Source: Camelus ferus
Lineage: Eukaryota
Assembly (NCBI RefSeq): GCF_009834535.1
Contig: NC_045696.1
Location: 9,798,001-9,862,000 of the forward strand
Direction: 5' to 3'
Length of the DNA: 64,000 nucleotides
Part shown: in pieces, positions 41,192-53,900 of the stretch
Layout: every line of letters begins with the position of its first letter
Numbering within the stretch: position 1 is the stretch's first letter
Program-made: the position numbers and the translations under genes
The notes under the pieces: model-generated
Seen by the model: the letters and a program-made list of their open reading frames with translations, nothing else
Told to the model about the DNA's origin: nothing
Databases searched by the model: none

Positions 41192-41530
41192 TTTGGAAAC
41201 TTTGTGAATAAAAGTGTCCAATGACAGAAGTGTCCAACTTTTTATTTACTCATTAGTAACCCCAGTCAAGTCCGTAAACCATACGTGAACCGGACTATAC
41301 AGAGTGACACAGCAGGTCAAAGTCTTTGTCCTTTGGTTTGCTGTCTTGATGGTGGTGGTTGTGATAAACTTTGAAGGAGACAGTTTAAATTTTCCTCCGC
41401 TTCTTAATTGGGATTGAGAACTTAGCTCGTACTCTTAATCCACTCTCCACAAGACCATCAGCATTTACTCAGGTGCTGGAGGAGAAATTCTGAGTTGCAG
41501 CTAAGTCTAGTGAAGCCTACTGTACCAACC
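41192..41530 (-). other. SLC5A3: SLC5A3 exon 2 5' UTR (acceptor at 41531/41530)
   Basis: Branch-like CTAAT plus strong tract TCTTTGTCTTTTGTCTTTGCTGCCTTGCAG|GGTTGG, 339 nt upstream of the ATG. Consistent with the known two-exon SLC5A3 structure. Confidence 0.88.
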
Positions 41531-44500
41531 CTGCAAGGCAGCAAAGACAAAAGACAAAGATTGAATTAGCGGAGGGGCTCACCAGGCGATGAGGAAACTT
41601 TCAGTCTAGCAAAACGGCGCAACAAGACATTCTTTATAAAAAGAAAAAAAATTTAAAAACATACGTACTTTAGTTCCACAGGAAAGAGCAATCTATACCA
41701 TCACATCTGATACTTAAAGTCAGTGAGAATACTTAATATTTTTAACTAAGAACAAAAATTCATCAACCTCCTAACTAAGTGGCCTAACTTCTCTAGCAAC
41801 TAAGAACCCACCATGACATTGCCCTTTCTTGTCTTACTGTGGTAGTCTCAGACTGGGGGTGGGAAAAGGGAGCGGCGACACTAATCATTCATAATAAGGG
41901 CACCAAAACGAATCTTCAAGTACTGTGACTCCTAAGAGTAATGCACTTTATAGCCAGTTAGGGGCCTGGATAGATACCAGGACAGTGGTATTCTCAGGTG
42001 TTATCATTTACCCCCAAACACAACACCAAGTTATCACTTGGTCTATGCAGACCACTGCTACAAAATTTTCCTAAATTCCTACTACAAATGTCCATCTGTG
42101 TTAGTCATTGTACAGCAACCTAGAAATTGTGAAATGACTCTTGGCCTAAAGGGAAACGAGATTCCACACAAAAAAACTAGGAACATACAACTTATAAACA
42201 ATCCTAAAATTTTATTCTATTAGCTTGAAGTAAGACATTGAAAAAAAGATTTTTTAGTGTTAAAAAAAGTAACTTCCTTCCTTTCCTTTTCATCAGCCAT
42301 TATTTCCAAAAGACTCCCCAAGAGGATAAAGGCACTGACTCAAGGTTTGATTTTGTTGAATATTTTTTCCTTTTAATACTTTCTTGTTGAAGGGTACATA
42401 TAAAGCAAGGAGAGAGAGGAGAAAAATTTTCTGGAAGACTGAAAAATAATGTGATTATTATCACATCTTCCAAAATTAAATGAAACAGACATTTGTAAGC
42501 CATTAGATAATAAATTATCTTCAATAAATCAATCAGATTGTTTCAGTCCTAGATTAAGAAAATCAGTGACAAACAGACATTTAAATTTACCTAAAACTGA
42601 GTTTATGAATATGACAGTTTTTCTCCTGGAAGAAGACAAATTCTGAATCTTCAAAGTTAATTGTAATTGTAGCTGGAAGATCAATATGAAAAACACTTTG
42701 TTACTCAACCTAATGCCTTCCACATGGTAACTTCTAAAGCGATTTCTCCTTTTATAAGGCATCCTCAGAGTGCAATGTTTTCTATGCTTGGCAAAGCAGA
42801 TGCTTTTTGATGAATCCAGACATTTTCCTTTGAGAATTAGGAGCAAACTTTTTAAGTCCTACAAATGATACTAAAAGTTACCTCTTTTCAAAACTGTTCA
42901 AAATGGACCACAGTACTAATCTCACTGGCAAAGAGCTAAAAGTAATGCCTAAAGATAAATGCTCTACCGAATGAGGTTATTAGGTCTACGTAACAATGCT
43001 ATCATGTAGAAGTGACTCGAACCCATCTTTATGTCTTTTTCAAGTGTAAAGAGCTACAACAATTATACTAAAAAAGCTAAAATCCTTTCTCTTAAAAGCC
43101 AGTGTCAGTAATAACTGGCTTGAGTAAAACTGCCGCACACAAAAGCATAAAATACACTGAAAGCTGGGATTTGTATCACTTCCTATTTGCCAAATACTGA
43201 AGCTGGTCATATGTCTATGACTACTTTCCCTGCCCTCCAAAACATTCAAGTTATTAAAGAAATACTTTGGACATTATTTAGGAAGAATTGCCTAAATTTT
43301 TTATAAAATCTAATCAGATGATTAATAAACATTATTTTAAAGGATGTTTTTAATCTTTCAGTATAAGAGTCAGGTCCTCAACTACAAAGAAACCTGTACT
43401 TGGCAGTTAACGTGAGCCCTGCCTTCAACAGAGCTCTCTGCCATCCAGCACCCAAGCCATACTCTTGCCATTTTGTTCCAATTTACACAGATCTAGCTGT
43501 GTAAGCCAAGCTCAATGGTCTGAAGGACCATTTCAGGTTTCACTCTTCCCACTGGCAGTAGTTGACTATGTGTGTCCTCAAGAAGGGACAAATATGGAGT
43601 GTTTTTGTTTCTGTGTGGAGAGAAGGTGAAGTGGGATATGTGTTGTAGCGGCTGCTGCAGCAGCTTATTTGTTCAAAGAACAAAGTGCTCAGAAACAAAA
43701 CCAGCCCTCCTTTCTCCAATCACTAGGAGGCACTGCCAAAATCAGTAACATTGCTCTTCATTGTCAAATACGATGCAAGTCAGATACCTAAGCCATATCC
43801 TGCTCCCGGATGAACACGCAGAGTGGTCTAACCCCTAACTTCTCTAAAACAGCAGGCAAGCTTGAGAGAAAAGATGTTCTGCCCACAGGAAAGGTAGCAG
43901 AGAGTGGCCAAAAACTAGCTCAAGGCCAAGTTCTCAACTCTTTCTGCCTCTTCAGACCCTTCAAAAGCCACTGCTGGCAATCCCCATGTCTCACTGGATA
44001 CCATACCAGTCTGTGGGCAGATTTAAGATTTTTTTTCAATTTAAACAAAAAATATCCAGAGACCAGCACCTGGTAAAGACTGGAAAAGGAAAAAAAAAAA
44101 CAAAACAAAACCAAAAATAGGTCAAATTAGTTTGCAGAAAGACATAAAAACACAATTCAGCCAAATTTCACATTCTAGTCATTAGTAGATTTGTCACAGC
44201 TTTGAACTTTAAGGAGAAAAACTGTGTGATTCCTAAAAATGGTTCCAAATAAAATATACAATATAAGTTTGGCATATTTTTCCTCATTTTTCTATAGAAG
44301 TAAACATTTTGACAACAAAAATAAAATGAACATTATCCAGTTTATTTTTAGGAAGAATATACATGGGAAAAATTTTTCTTCAGCTAAAAATGAAGCTTTT
44401 TAATTTATGTTTTTGTATTTCTAGGACTAAGCTGGTTCAAGTTAATGAGTGAGAAATGTGGGACAAGTAATAAAGTAGGCATAGTAATGATAAGTATGTG

Positions 44501-45384
44501 ACTCAGTTCCACAGTAGTGTATTTTTAAGAAAACAATTATTTCTACAATGAGAATAATACCTGTAGAATGTATAAAGAAATGGTGCCCTGGTTGTGATGG
44601 CTAGTGTAATAAATTTAGCCAATTTCAAACACAAGGATGGTGAAACAGAGAGACTCCCCCAACAGGAAAGGTCTTCCTTCTCAGAAAGTAATGTTTTGTT
44701 GATAGTTCTGCACAAAATTAGAATACAATTTTGGTACCATTTGCATGTACTTGGATGAATTAAATTACAACTGTAGAATTAATCCAAACTGTAGAAGTGT
44801 ACATGAATATTGGCTGTGTTTGAACAACTAGAAAGAGTAAAATAGAAGACCAAATTTAAATCAGCTATTAAACTCCTTCAGGTAATATAATCAAAATATA
44901 ATTAGTTATAATCACTAAATCTAACATCTCTCTTCTATTATCTAGGGAAGTAACTAGGAAGTTACTCTGGGACAATCTGTAACATCCAGCATCACTCTAA
45001 AAAGAAGTCATCTGCCATTAAAATTCAAAAAAAAGGACAAGAAAAACAATCCCTAAAGCCATCAGGGCTCCAAGTCATAATTCACTCTATGAAGGCACGT
45101 GGACTAACAAAGGGTAGAACACAGTGACCCTCATAAAGTGACCAAACCATAATGTTTTTAGCTTTGGGGTCGACTTAGAGACCACACGACCACACACTCA
45201 AAAGGACAAGCTGAACAGGCAGAGCTTAGTACTGTCAATAGTAGGCTTGCCAAGTCTTGCTCATTTTCTGATCCAATGGAAAATACTCCCTTTACCAACT
45301 AACAATTTAAGGGTTACAGAACATACGGACACCTCCGAAAACTTATTTGGGTAGGTGATGTGATCAAGAAAGCAGACAAGCCTT

Positions 45385-45570
45385 GAAGGGCTGGGATCCA
45401 AGCTCTGTCACTTGTTAGCTTCAGAATCTTAGGCAAGTAACAATCTCTATGAGCCTCAATTCTCTCATTTGTAATATGAAACCACCACCTAGCTCTTAAT
45501 GATTTATTAAGGAACAACACACAGTGTGTAATATTGCCTACTGCTACAGGCAGGTGCTCAGTAAATGTCA
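45385..45570 (+). mobile_element. MIR SINE
   Basis: Core TTAGGCAAGTAACAATCTCTATGAGCCTCAATTCTCTCATTTGTAATATG. Other MIR relics lie near 14050-14190, 16760-16960, 18940-19040, 46970-47170, 49105-49260, 51480-51590 and 55570-55880. Confidence 0.8.
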
Positions 45571-46475
45571 CTTTACCTTCCACAACTTGGATAGACCGGA
45601 AGTCAAGGTACTGGCTTCTTTCAAATTAAACTGTCAACTATACACCAGGCATTTTAGGATCCTCATAAATGTTATTTATAGATAAAAGAACTAAAAAAAA
45701 TACTGTATTAAATACGCAGTTCTCTCACAAATATTTTAAACAGGCTCCCAACCACCTCATCAACCATTAGCTTCAATTTACATCACTTCAAGTACAATAC
45801 AACCCTTTCTCCAGCCCCAAGTTCACAGAAAATTCTACTTACAGACTTTTCATACTCATTTTTACTTTTGTCATCTTGATTCAAGATTCGGTAAAGCAAA
45901 TTCCACTAATGGAATAGGTTGATGGTGCTTGGTATGTAGTATATACATACTCATATAAGACCTTCCTCAAACCTCACTTTAAAAATGTAGAGCTTGGTTA
46001 TGCTAGCAGTGTATCAGTGACACCTGAAAGTGTTTCTAATACAACTGATATGAATTCCAGCCAATTTTAAATTACAAGCGGGCTGAAAACAACATTGTAT
46101 ATAATCATATGAGAAAGCAATCCTTAAAACATTTCAAGGAGTTTGCCCTTAAATCTCTTTGGCAAAATATTTCTATTATACCTCCAACCTCGACTATTCA
46201 AGTTTTCAAAAGTACGTAAGAAATGTATGAAACCTTAATTGAACTCAAACGGCATCCAAACTATATTCTGAGGGTTTCTAGTCCCCATGTACCATCACAG
46301 GGGTGAGAGTCAAGGCAGAGTGGGCAGGATAACTCCAGCATCACCCTACCAACCAGAACAGTTCTACTTTTAGCAAATCATTGCAGCAGGTGGTTGGGAG
46401 GGATAGTTTCCCATGTAAGCAAACCAGATAAAATCTTATTCACCTAGAAAAGTTCATAAACCACCAGATTTATTT

Positions 46476-46521
46476 TATATATATACACACACACATATAT
46501 ATGTGTGTGTGTATATATATA
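46476..46521. repeat. Compound TA/CA/TA/TG/TA microsatellite forming a perfect 46-bp palindrome
   Basis: (TA)5(CA)5(TA)3(TG)5(TA)5 read directly from the sequence. Confidence 0.93.
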
Positions 46522-47799
46522 TTCCCCAAGATATCTTCACTTTAATTTGTTTCTATGAATGTAGAAGTGTGGCTCACAATGTTGTGTTTTTGTTTTCTTT
46601 GTTTCATTTTTTACTTTTTAAAGATGTCTCAGAGAATGAAGACCCTTTGGCTATGGGGGCAACTTTGGAACTCCCACTGGTTTCAACCTTCATGTGGGTA
46701 TCAAAACATGTGCGTGGAGCAAACTCCAATTATCTATTTTTTTGAGAGAGGTGAAAATGTGAAATAATAGAACAGTAATGCCTATGATACCGTATATTGT
46801 AATCCCAATGACTAAACATTTGTGTTAACTTTTAACGAGAAGAATTTAAGAGGCTCAGCTTCTTGAACTTTATTTGCTTCCAAAAGACTGATTATCAAAG
46901 ATAAGTGAGTTACAGATAATGGAGATTAAAAAATAAAAACCTGACAGTAACCAGATCCTAACATCCTGTAGGTACTGTCCCTAGAGTGTAGAGTGCATTA
47001 ATTTAATCTTCACAACAATTATGGAGTAAGTACAGTTATTATGATCATTTTACAGATGAGAAAAGTGAAACCAAGGAGGTAGTATAAGGTCCTGGACACA
47101 GTTATTTGCATTATATCAGGATTTGTACTCCCATCTATTTCTAAATAGCTTCTCTCCTTAATTGCTAGGCAATACTACCTTCCATGAAAAGGAAGTTTAT
47201 TGATAGAAACATAAACAATACTAACTAATAAAGGACCATGCAACATCATCCATGTTTCAAATGTCTGTGCTTGCAGAGAAAACACCTGAGATGTATATAT
47301 AACAAATTTTAACAAAACAGACTGCAAACAGTGCATGTGCATAGGATAAAATCCAACTGAAGTATTTACATATGATTATATGTGAAGAATATATTTAAGA
47401 AGAATATGAAGAGATTTAAAAGAAAAGTCCCAGGCACAGGCTTCTTAAGTAAGTGAAAACACATAGAGCAGAAAATTCAGGGCTTAGCCAGCTTCTCACC
47501 ATCCAAGTCCAAGCCTTTTGCCTTCATTCTCTTTATCAGTGTGAATTAGCCCTCCCAGAGATTAAAAAAAAAAAGTCTCAAAGTCTGTTCTACACCTGAC
47601 CTTGTTACCATGGGCTATATGAATCTTAGTCAATCTTCCTTCATCTGCTAACTCTCACATCTTTTTAAGACATTAGCTAAAAGAATCGGCTGTATGATGT
47701 ACAGATACGAATTATAGTAAAATCCATAGACCACTGTTCTTACTGAATCAAGTGTTTGTAACCACCTATCCTTTTCTTTGAGAGTATGAGTAATTTGGC

Positions 47800-48495
47800 T
47801 CATCCCCCTTAAAGCTGTTCTACGCTCAATCTTTGTCGTCTCAGAGAATGGCAACTCCATCCTCACTATTGCTCAGGCCAAAAATGATCAGTCATCCTTG
47901 AAGGCTTGTTCACTTTTTCTCTCAACCCACACAGAATCAATTCATTAGCAAAGTCTGTTGGCTTTACCTCAAAAACAGATCCAGAATCAGACCCCTTAAC
48001 ATCTCAACTGCTAGCACCCTGGTCCAAATCACCATTCCATCTTGTCCAGTTAACTGCCCCAGCCTATCAACTTGTTTCCTAGCTCTGGCCCTTGGCGCAC
48101 TACAGGGCAATAACACAGTAAGCAATCACCTCTTCACTCACAACACACAACATACCAAACACGCCTCTGGGCCTTGACACTGCCACTCCCTAGGCAGGGT
48201 ACACCCTGCACCCCCAGACTTTCCCAAGACTTGCTCTCCTCTCATTGCTATCTTTGCTCAAAAGTAATTTTCCTAGCCATCTCAATCCTTCCATATCCTG
48301 TTTTACTTTTTTCCATACCACACAACAGCTTGTAACATACTACAAAACTCCCTCATGTTTACTGTCCCCTCACTACCAGAATGTAAACTCCATGAGGGCA
48401 AAGACTCTTGTCTGTGTTATTCACTGATGTGGTCTGTGTCTAGAACCCTGTCTTGAACATTTCAGAAGCTCAAGTGTTTGTTAAACGAATGAATA
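47800..48495 (+). mobile_element. LINE-2 3' fragment
   Basis: AATGGCAACTCCATCCTC...TGCTCAGGCCAAAA, GAATGTAAACTCCATGAGGGCA, and terminal TTTGTTAAACGAATGAAT. Confidence 0.8.
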
Positions 48496-49269
48496 TTAAT
48501 GACTAAGTACCTGATTAAGAGTGTTAAATTTCCAATATCCTATATAATCATCAATAAAAAAGTCAGGGTTTTTTAAGCAATAAGAGATGGCAGATGAAAA
48601 GGCCAAGAAGGAGTAGAGCATTTCCTCCCCTGCCACAGTGATTAGGAGTCCCCATCAGCTCTAATTGAGAGTGTGCAGAATAGCAAAAGGCAAATCAGAC
48701 TAGGCAAGAATGCTGCCCTTTATTCAGATAAAAATCTCAATCGGTCACAACACAGTAAAAACCTGTGTCTGGAGTCACTTCATCCTACCTACCAAACTAC
48801 TTCCCTTCACTGTACTAATTCCATTCCAGAATGTGCTCCAGATTTTACCTCTACAATTGTGAACATCCAGTTCACAATGTGCAGTGTTACACACAGACGG
48901 TCCATACACAAGTGCTTCTTGTACTATGGCTGTTCCCATGCAGACAGAAAAGGAAAGGCTGTTTTGGGCAAGCAGCACTACCCTTCGGTTCACTCTAAAC
49001 AAGTCCAAGACTCCTGCTGATGTCAACACAGGAAGACCCTCTCTCATCTCTGTCCCTCTACTACACTTGAAGAGTTAAATGTTTCCACAAAACTGAAAAC
49101 ATTATATTAATAACTAGCACTTACCAACACGAGTGCCAGGTACCATTTTTACACTACATGTACCAGCTCATTTAATCCTCACAAAAATCCAAAAGGTAGG
49201 CATGATAATCATCCTCAATTTACAGATAAGAAAGTTGAGGACATATCAGAGTTACTAAGAGAGTCCAGA

Positions 49270-50900
49270 AACATCGTCTGTGAAGTAAAGATGAAAAATG
49301 TTATCGTTTACAACACTCCCTAGGAAGAGATACATTAAAAAGTAGAAATAAATGTAAGTCAGAAAAAAATCTAGCTCATCAATACAGAAGGAATGATGCA
49401 ATTAGAAAATCACCATTTGTAATCCCTACAAAAAGAAATAACATCCCCAGGCAATGATATAGTGGATGCTAGAACTCTTAGGTGAAAGGTTGATGGGGGA
49501 ACTTTAGAATGGATGGATGAGGCTGACAATATTTGCACCCACCAAGACTTACTCTTATCTCTAGAAGGCAGACATATGTGTCTCCTCATGTGATGCTACA
49601 CCCAGGAACACTTGTAAAACAAAATACAACCTGAATTTAATCAAATGTCTACCTGCCAGTTCACAGAAAATACCCGCAACAGAACCACACATAAAACATC
49701 AGAAAGTGATCAACCAAATTCAAAGGGAGGAAGGGTAGAAAAGCTATTATAGAGTAAGACTTAAGAGGTCATCAAGTGATTATAACCTGTGAACCTGATC
49801 TGCATTCAGATTCAAGCAAACCAAATGCAGAGAAACATGTGAGACAATTCAAGGCACTTGAACATGGATATTAGATGTTCAGGAATTACAGTTAGAGTTA
49901 GGTGTCATAAAGGCATTGTGGTTGTTTTTAAAGCCCTTACCTTTTAGGTACATACTAAATATTTACAGGTGAATTTTTATATTTGCATTTGCTTTAAAGT
50001 ACTTCAGCAATTACTGATTCAGAAATATCAACAGATGCCAAAACCAGTGGAAGACTGCTGGAGAAAATATTCGGTCTCAAGTTTGTCACTCCATAAATCA
50101 CTTAATAATTACTAAAGGAAAAAAGGTACATTTATAATGGAGCAATCTGGTGGATATCACCTAAACCAAATGACTACCTGACATTCCCAACAGTGGGACA
50201 AATCAACATGCCTCCTGACATGGGATACTGACATCCTTATTTAACATTCCGGCCAACAATGTTTAACCTATCTTTAATCATGAGAAAGCAACCAGACAAA
50301 TCCAAATTGAGGGATGCTGCAAAGCAGCAGGACTGAACACTTCAAAGTGCCACTGTCGTTAATGACAATGGCTTGAAAACTGCTCTAGATCAAGGAGACT
50401 AAACAACTAAATGCAGGATCCTTGATTGAATACTGGATTAAAGAACTAAAGAATATCACTGGAATAACAAAGGTAAATTTGAACACAAGTTGAACATTCC
50501 ATAATTATACTGTATTGATGTCAAATGCGTGTAATGGTTATGCATGCTGTAGTTAGGAACAAAGCCTTTATTCCTAAGAAAGGCACATCAACCATGCCTG
50601 CAACTCCCAAATGGTACAGATTTTTTAAAAAGAACCAAAAGGGGGGGGGGGGCACAAGTAAATTCAAACAATTAGTAATCTAGGTGAAAAGTATACAGGT
50701 GTTAACTGAACAGTTCTTATAACTCTTCTTAAGGTTTAAAATTTTAAGTTAAAGTTAATATAAAATACTCCAGCATAAATAAATGAACGAATGAATGAGA
50801 AAGGTGGTGGAGATAAAGGAAGAGTGGTAAATGTTCATTAACTGTTGAAGCTGGGTGATGGGTACAATACAGAGATTCACTAAACTAGTCAGTTTTATGT
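49270..50900 (+). mobile_element. Nested old L1 (L1MC/ME-like) 3' fragments
   Basis: Motifs shared with 28800-29600 (TTTATAATGGAG...CACCTAAACCAA, AACTAAATGCA, GTAATCTAGGTGAA). Confidence 0.65.
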
Positions 50901-53900
50901 ATGCTCAAGTCCATGTCTAATTCTCACTTCTACAAAATGGGAAAAACGCATACTTCAAGTCATCATCATCAAAGTAAGATTATTAAATAAAAGTCCTGTA
51001 GGAAAAAAGGAGGCATTAAACAACTGTCATATACTGCCAATTCTTTCAGGCAAGACTTGAAGACGACCTATAAAACAAAAGCCTGCTGAACTGAATGCAT
51101 GTTAATTTAACTGCTCCAAGACATCTGCACCGGTCCTGCCCTTCTGCCCCCAGTTAACAGCCGTGGCACAGTCCCTCACTGAAGTCTCAGCCTTGCCTGA
51201 ACACTATAACGAAAACAGAATTTGCAGTTTTGTCCCCTTATCCTGCTGTTTTTCTCTTCAGAGCATTGCCAGTGTGTCTCCCTTACTCGAATGTAAGCCC
51301 CACAAAAGCTGGAACTGTCCTAGTTTACCACTGTATTCCCCAAACACATGGTAGTGCTGGTACCTAGTAGGCACTCAAAATAGATGTGAAATACTTCCTT
51401 CAGTCTAAAGGGATCATTAGCTCCACTACCAGTATTCTGTGCACTCTTTTTCACAGATGCAGTGATCAGTTTGAGACTGCCTTTAGACTTGGCCACTTGC
51501 TGAACCGTGTGGTCCCAGGTACCTTTCTGCTTCAGTTTTTTCATATGTAAAGTGGAGATCACACTATCTACACTTCAGATGGCTGCATGTTCAAGGAAGG
51601 AAAAAATACACACACACACACCCTGCTTATTAAACCAGCCACTAAAAATTAGGTATTACAAACCGTAAGATTTATAGAGGTAGAATATCTAACCAGGTCA
51701 ACTTGGTGGTTTACCTTCATGTTTTCTGTTCTCATCCTACTTGGTTTCAATTTTATGTTCCTAGAAAAACTGTTCCTAGAAGAACAGATGCCAAAAAAGT
51801 TTTTCATTTTCCCATGTGACTGAGGCCAGAAAATGTAAACACAAGAGTCTTCCTGGTAGACCAGATTCTAATTCTCCCAAGAGGCCAAGTCATAAATTAG
51901 AAGATTCTGAAATTGGGATGTTTCCTCAGGCAGATATTTTTTAGAAAATTTTAAAACTGTCTAATTTTCCTTAAGGTTGGGGAGTATAAGATTTTCAAGA
52001 AGTGAAAAATAAGACCATAAACAGGATAACTTAATAAAATTTTGAAGGACTGGTAGAAATTATGTCCTGAATTGAACCTAAGAAGTGAACATAAAACTGA
52101 GGCATGGTGCTGTAGATTCCAAATGCAGCTGGATTGTTCTCTTGCATTTCCAAGAGAGAACAAGTAGACTGGTATGAAAATCCAGAGAAGTAAGATCAGA
52201 ACTACTTTCCTTGCATGTCAGAAAGTGGAAGATCTTGAAATTACAAGTGGCTTCCAATTATTTCATCCTAATCAGATAAAACATTTAATTAAGGAAATGA
52301 CATTAGGAGGGATTTTTCACTTTAATCTTACACTGAATTTGCACAAACTCCTGGCCCTCAGGCCATATAAAGAATGGCATTCCTGAGACCAACAGCACTG
52401 CTAGAGTCTGTTGGACTAAAGACCATCCCTGATGGAAATCTGGTGTCTAAGGTTTTCAAGATACTATACTTCACATAACTGCTTTCTCATATAACTGCTA
52501 ACAAAACAGAAGGCAAGTAGTACACCAGCAGCAAAAGGATGACAATCAAGGCAACCTATAACTGGATCATAAGTTTGCTTAATAACAGTTGAAAAGATTT
52601 TTAAAAAGGACACAAGTATAACTTCTCTGTAACATATGCCTAGCAAAGATCTTACCCTCAAATTCAGCTTTTCATTCAGCAGCAGAAACTCACCTTAAAT
52701 CCTAATCAAAACCAGTACTGAACAATGTCTTATATTCATAATTTGCACATAAGATATCTGAACACAAACTGAAAACAAAGCAGGTATCTGGGACTCTGGT
52801 CCACCATCCTTCCAACAGAAGCAAATACTGCCTACTGGTTCCACACAAGGACCCTCCCAGCACCTGAAATCCAAACTGAGCTAAGGCCTGACCACCAGGC
52901 AGTGTACTTTTCATACAGAACTACATCCACAGCACTCTGGCTGTTATAGTGGCACCTGGGTTTCTTCACCTGACAAAATTAAAACATTTTAACAGCCAAG
53001 GTAGGTGTCAAGAAGACGTTTTAAACACTGAAGTCTAAACAAAGACAAAACCAGGAATTCCTGAGGCTGGGGCAGAAGCAGGCAAATGCCAGTCTATGAG
53101 CACTGAGAACTCCAGGTTGAGGTTTTGTTAGTAAGTCCCTGCTTTCACTTGCAATCCCATTTTTAAACTCTCATCAACACCAACCTCTACTGAAGTATTC
53201 CCAAAGTGGGTAGGACTCCCTTAACTAGGGCACTGTAATTATAGCAAAAATGATGGGTGGGGAGTTGGGGGAGGATGGTAGTGTACCAAACCAGATCAAC
53301 TGTACCCTGGACTTGAAAGCTAGGGAAGAACAAACTGGACCTGAGTTTATTTCCAATTTGCTGTTAGATCTGGAGTGGGAGTGGGGAAGTAACAAAGACA
53401 AAAAGGGAAAGTCAGTCAAGGTAATAACTTGGCTTCCATTCTATGGAAACATGAAGCCTGGCCAAAAATAAAAATATTGTATCATCCTCTTACTCCATAC
53501 TCTGACTAGAAGAGCAACTAGTTTTTTTCATAGTAATATTATATTCCAAGGATTATAGGTCATATAAGCTCATGTGAACTTCATAGACATACCCTGAGCA
53601 AAAATGTCATTTTCTAGATAAAAGTAGTCTTTTCCAGGAAGCAGTATTTCATACCTCTAAGACTTCAGTACAATGGGTATAAACCAAGCTACACTAATGC
53701 CTGCTTAAAGTGAGCAATCACCCAGACACGCAAAGTGGACTATGAAGACCAATTTCCGACAGCTTACACCAAGTCATGCTTCAGTCTTTGTGCAACTCTC
53801 TGAAATCTACACGTGTACTTTAGCCTAAATGGGCATACATAGTCCACTAGTCCAAAGCTAGAAATTGATACCACTTTTAAGAATTAAACATGTTTACAAT

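Noticed and set aside
41192..41221. 10-aa N-terminal extension of SMIT1 in the ORF track (728 aa)
   Set aside because: It starts at TTG with T at -3. The ATG at 41191 gives the canonical 718 aa.
39057..41224. Several plus-strand ORFs overlapping SLC5A3
   Set aside because: Antisense shadows of a real CDS with no recognisable domains or splice support.
50641..50653. G13 homopolymer
   Set aside because: Isolated run inside an L1 relic, likely slippage or sequencing-prone.
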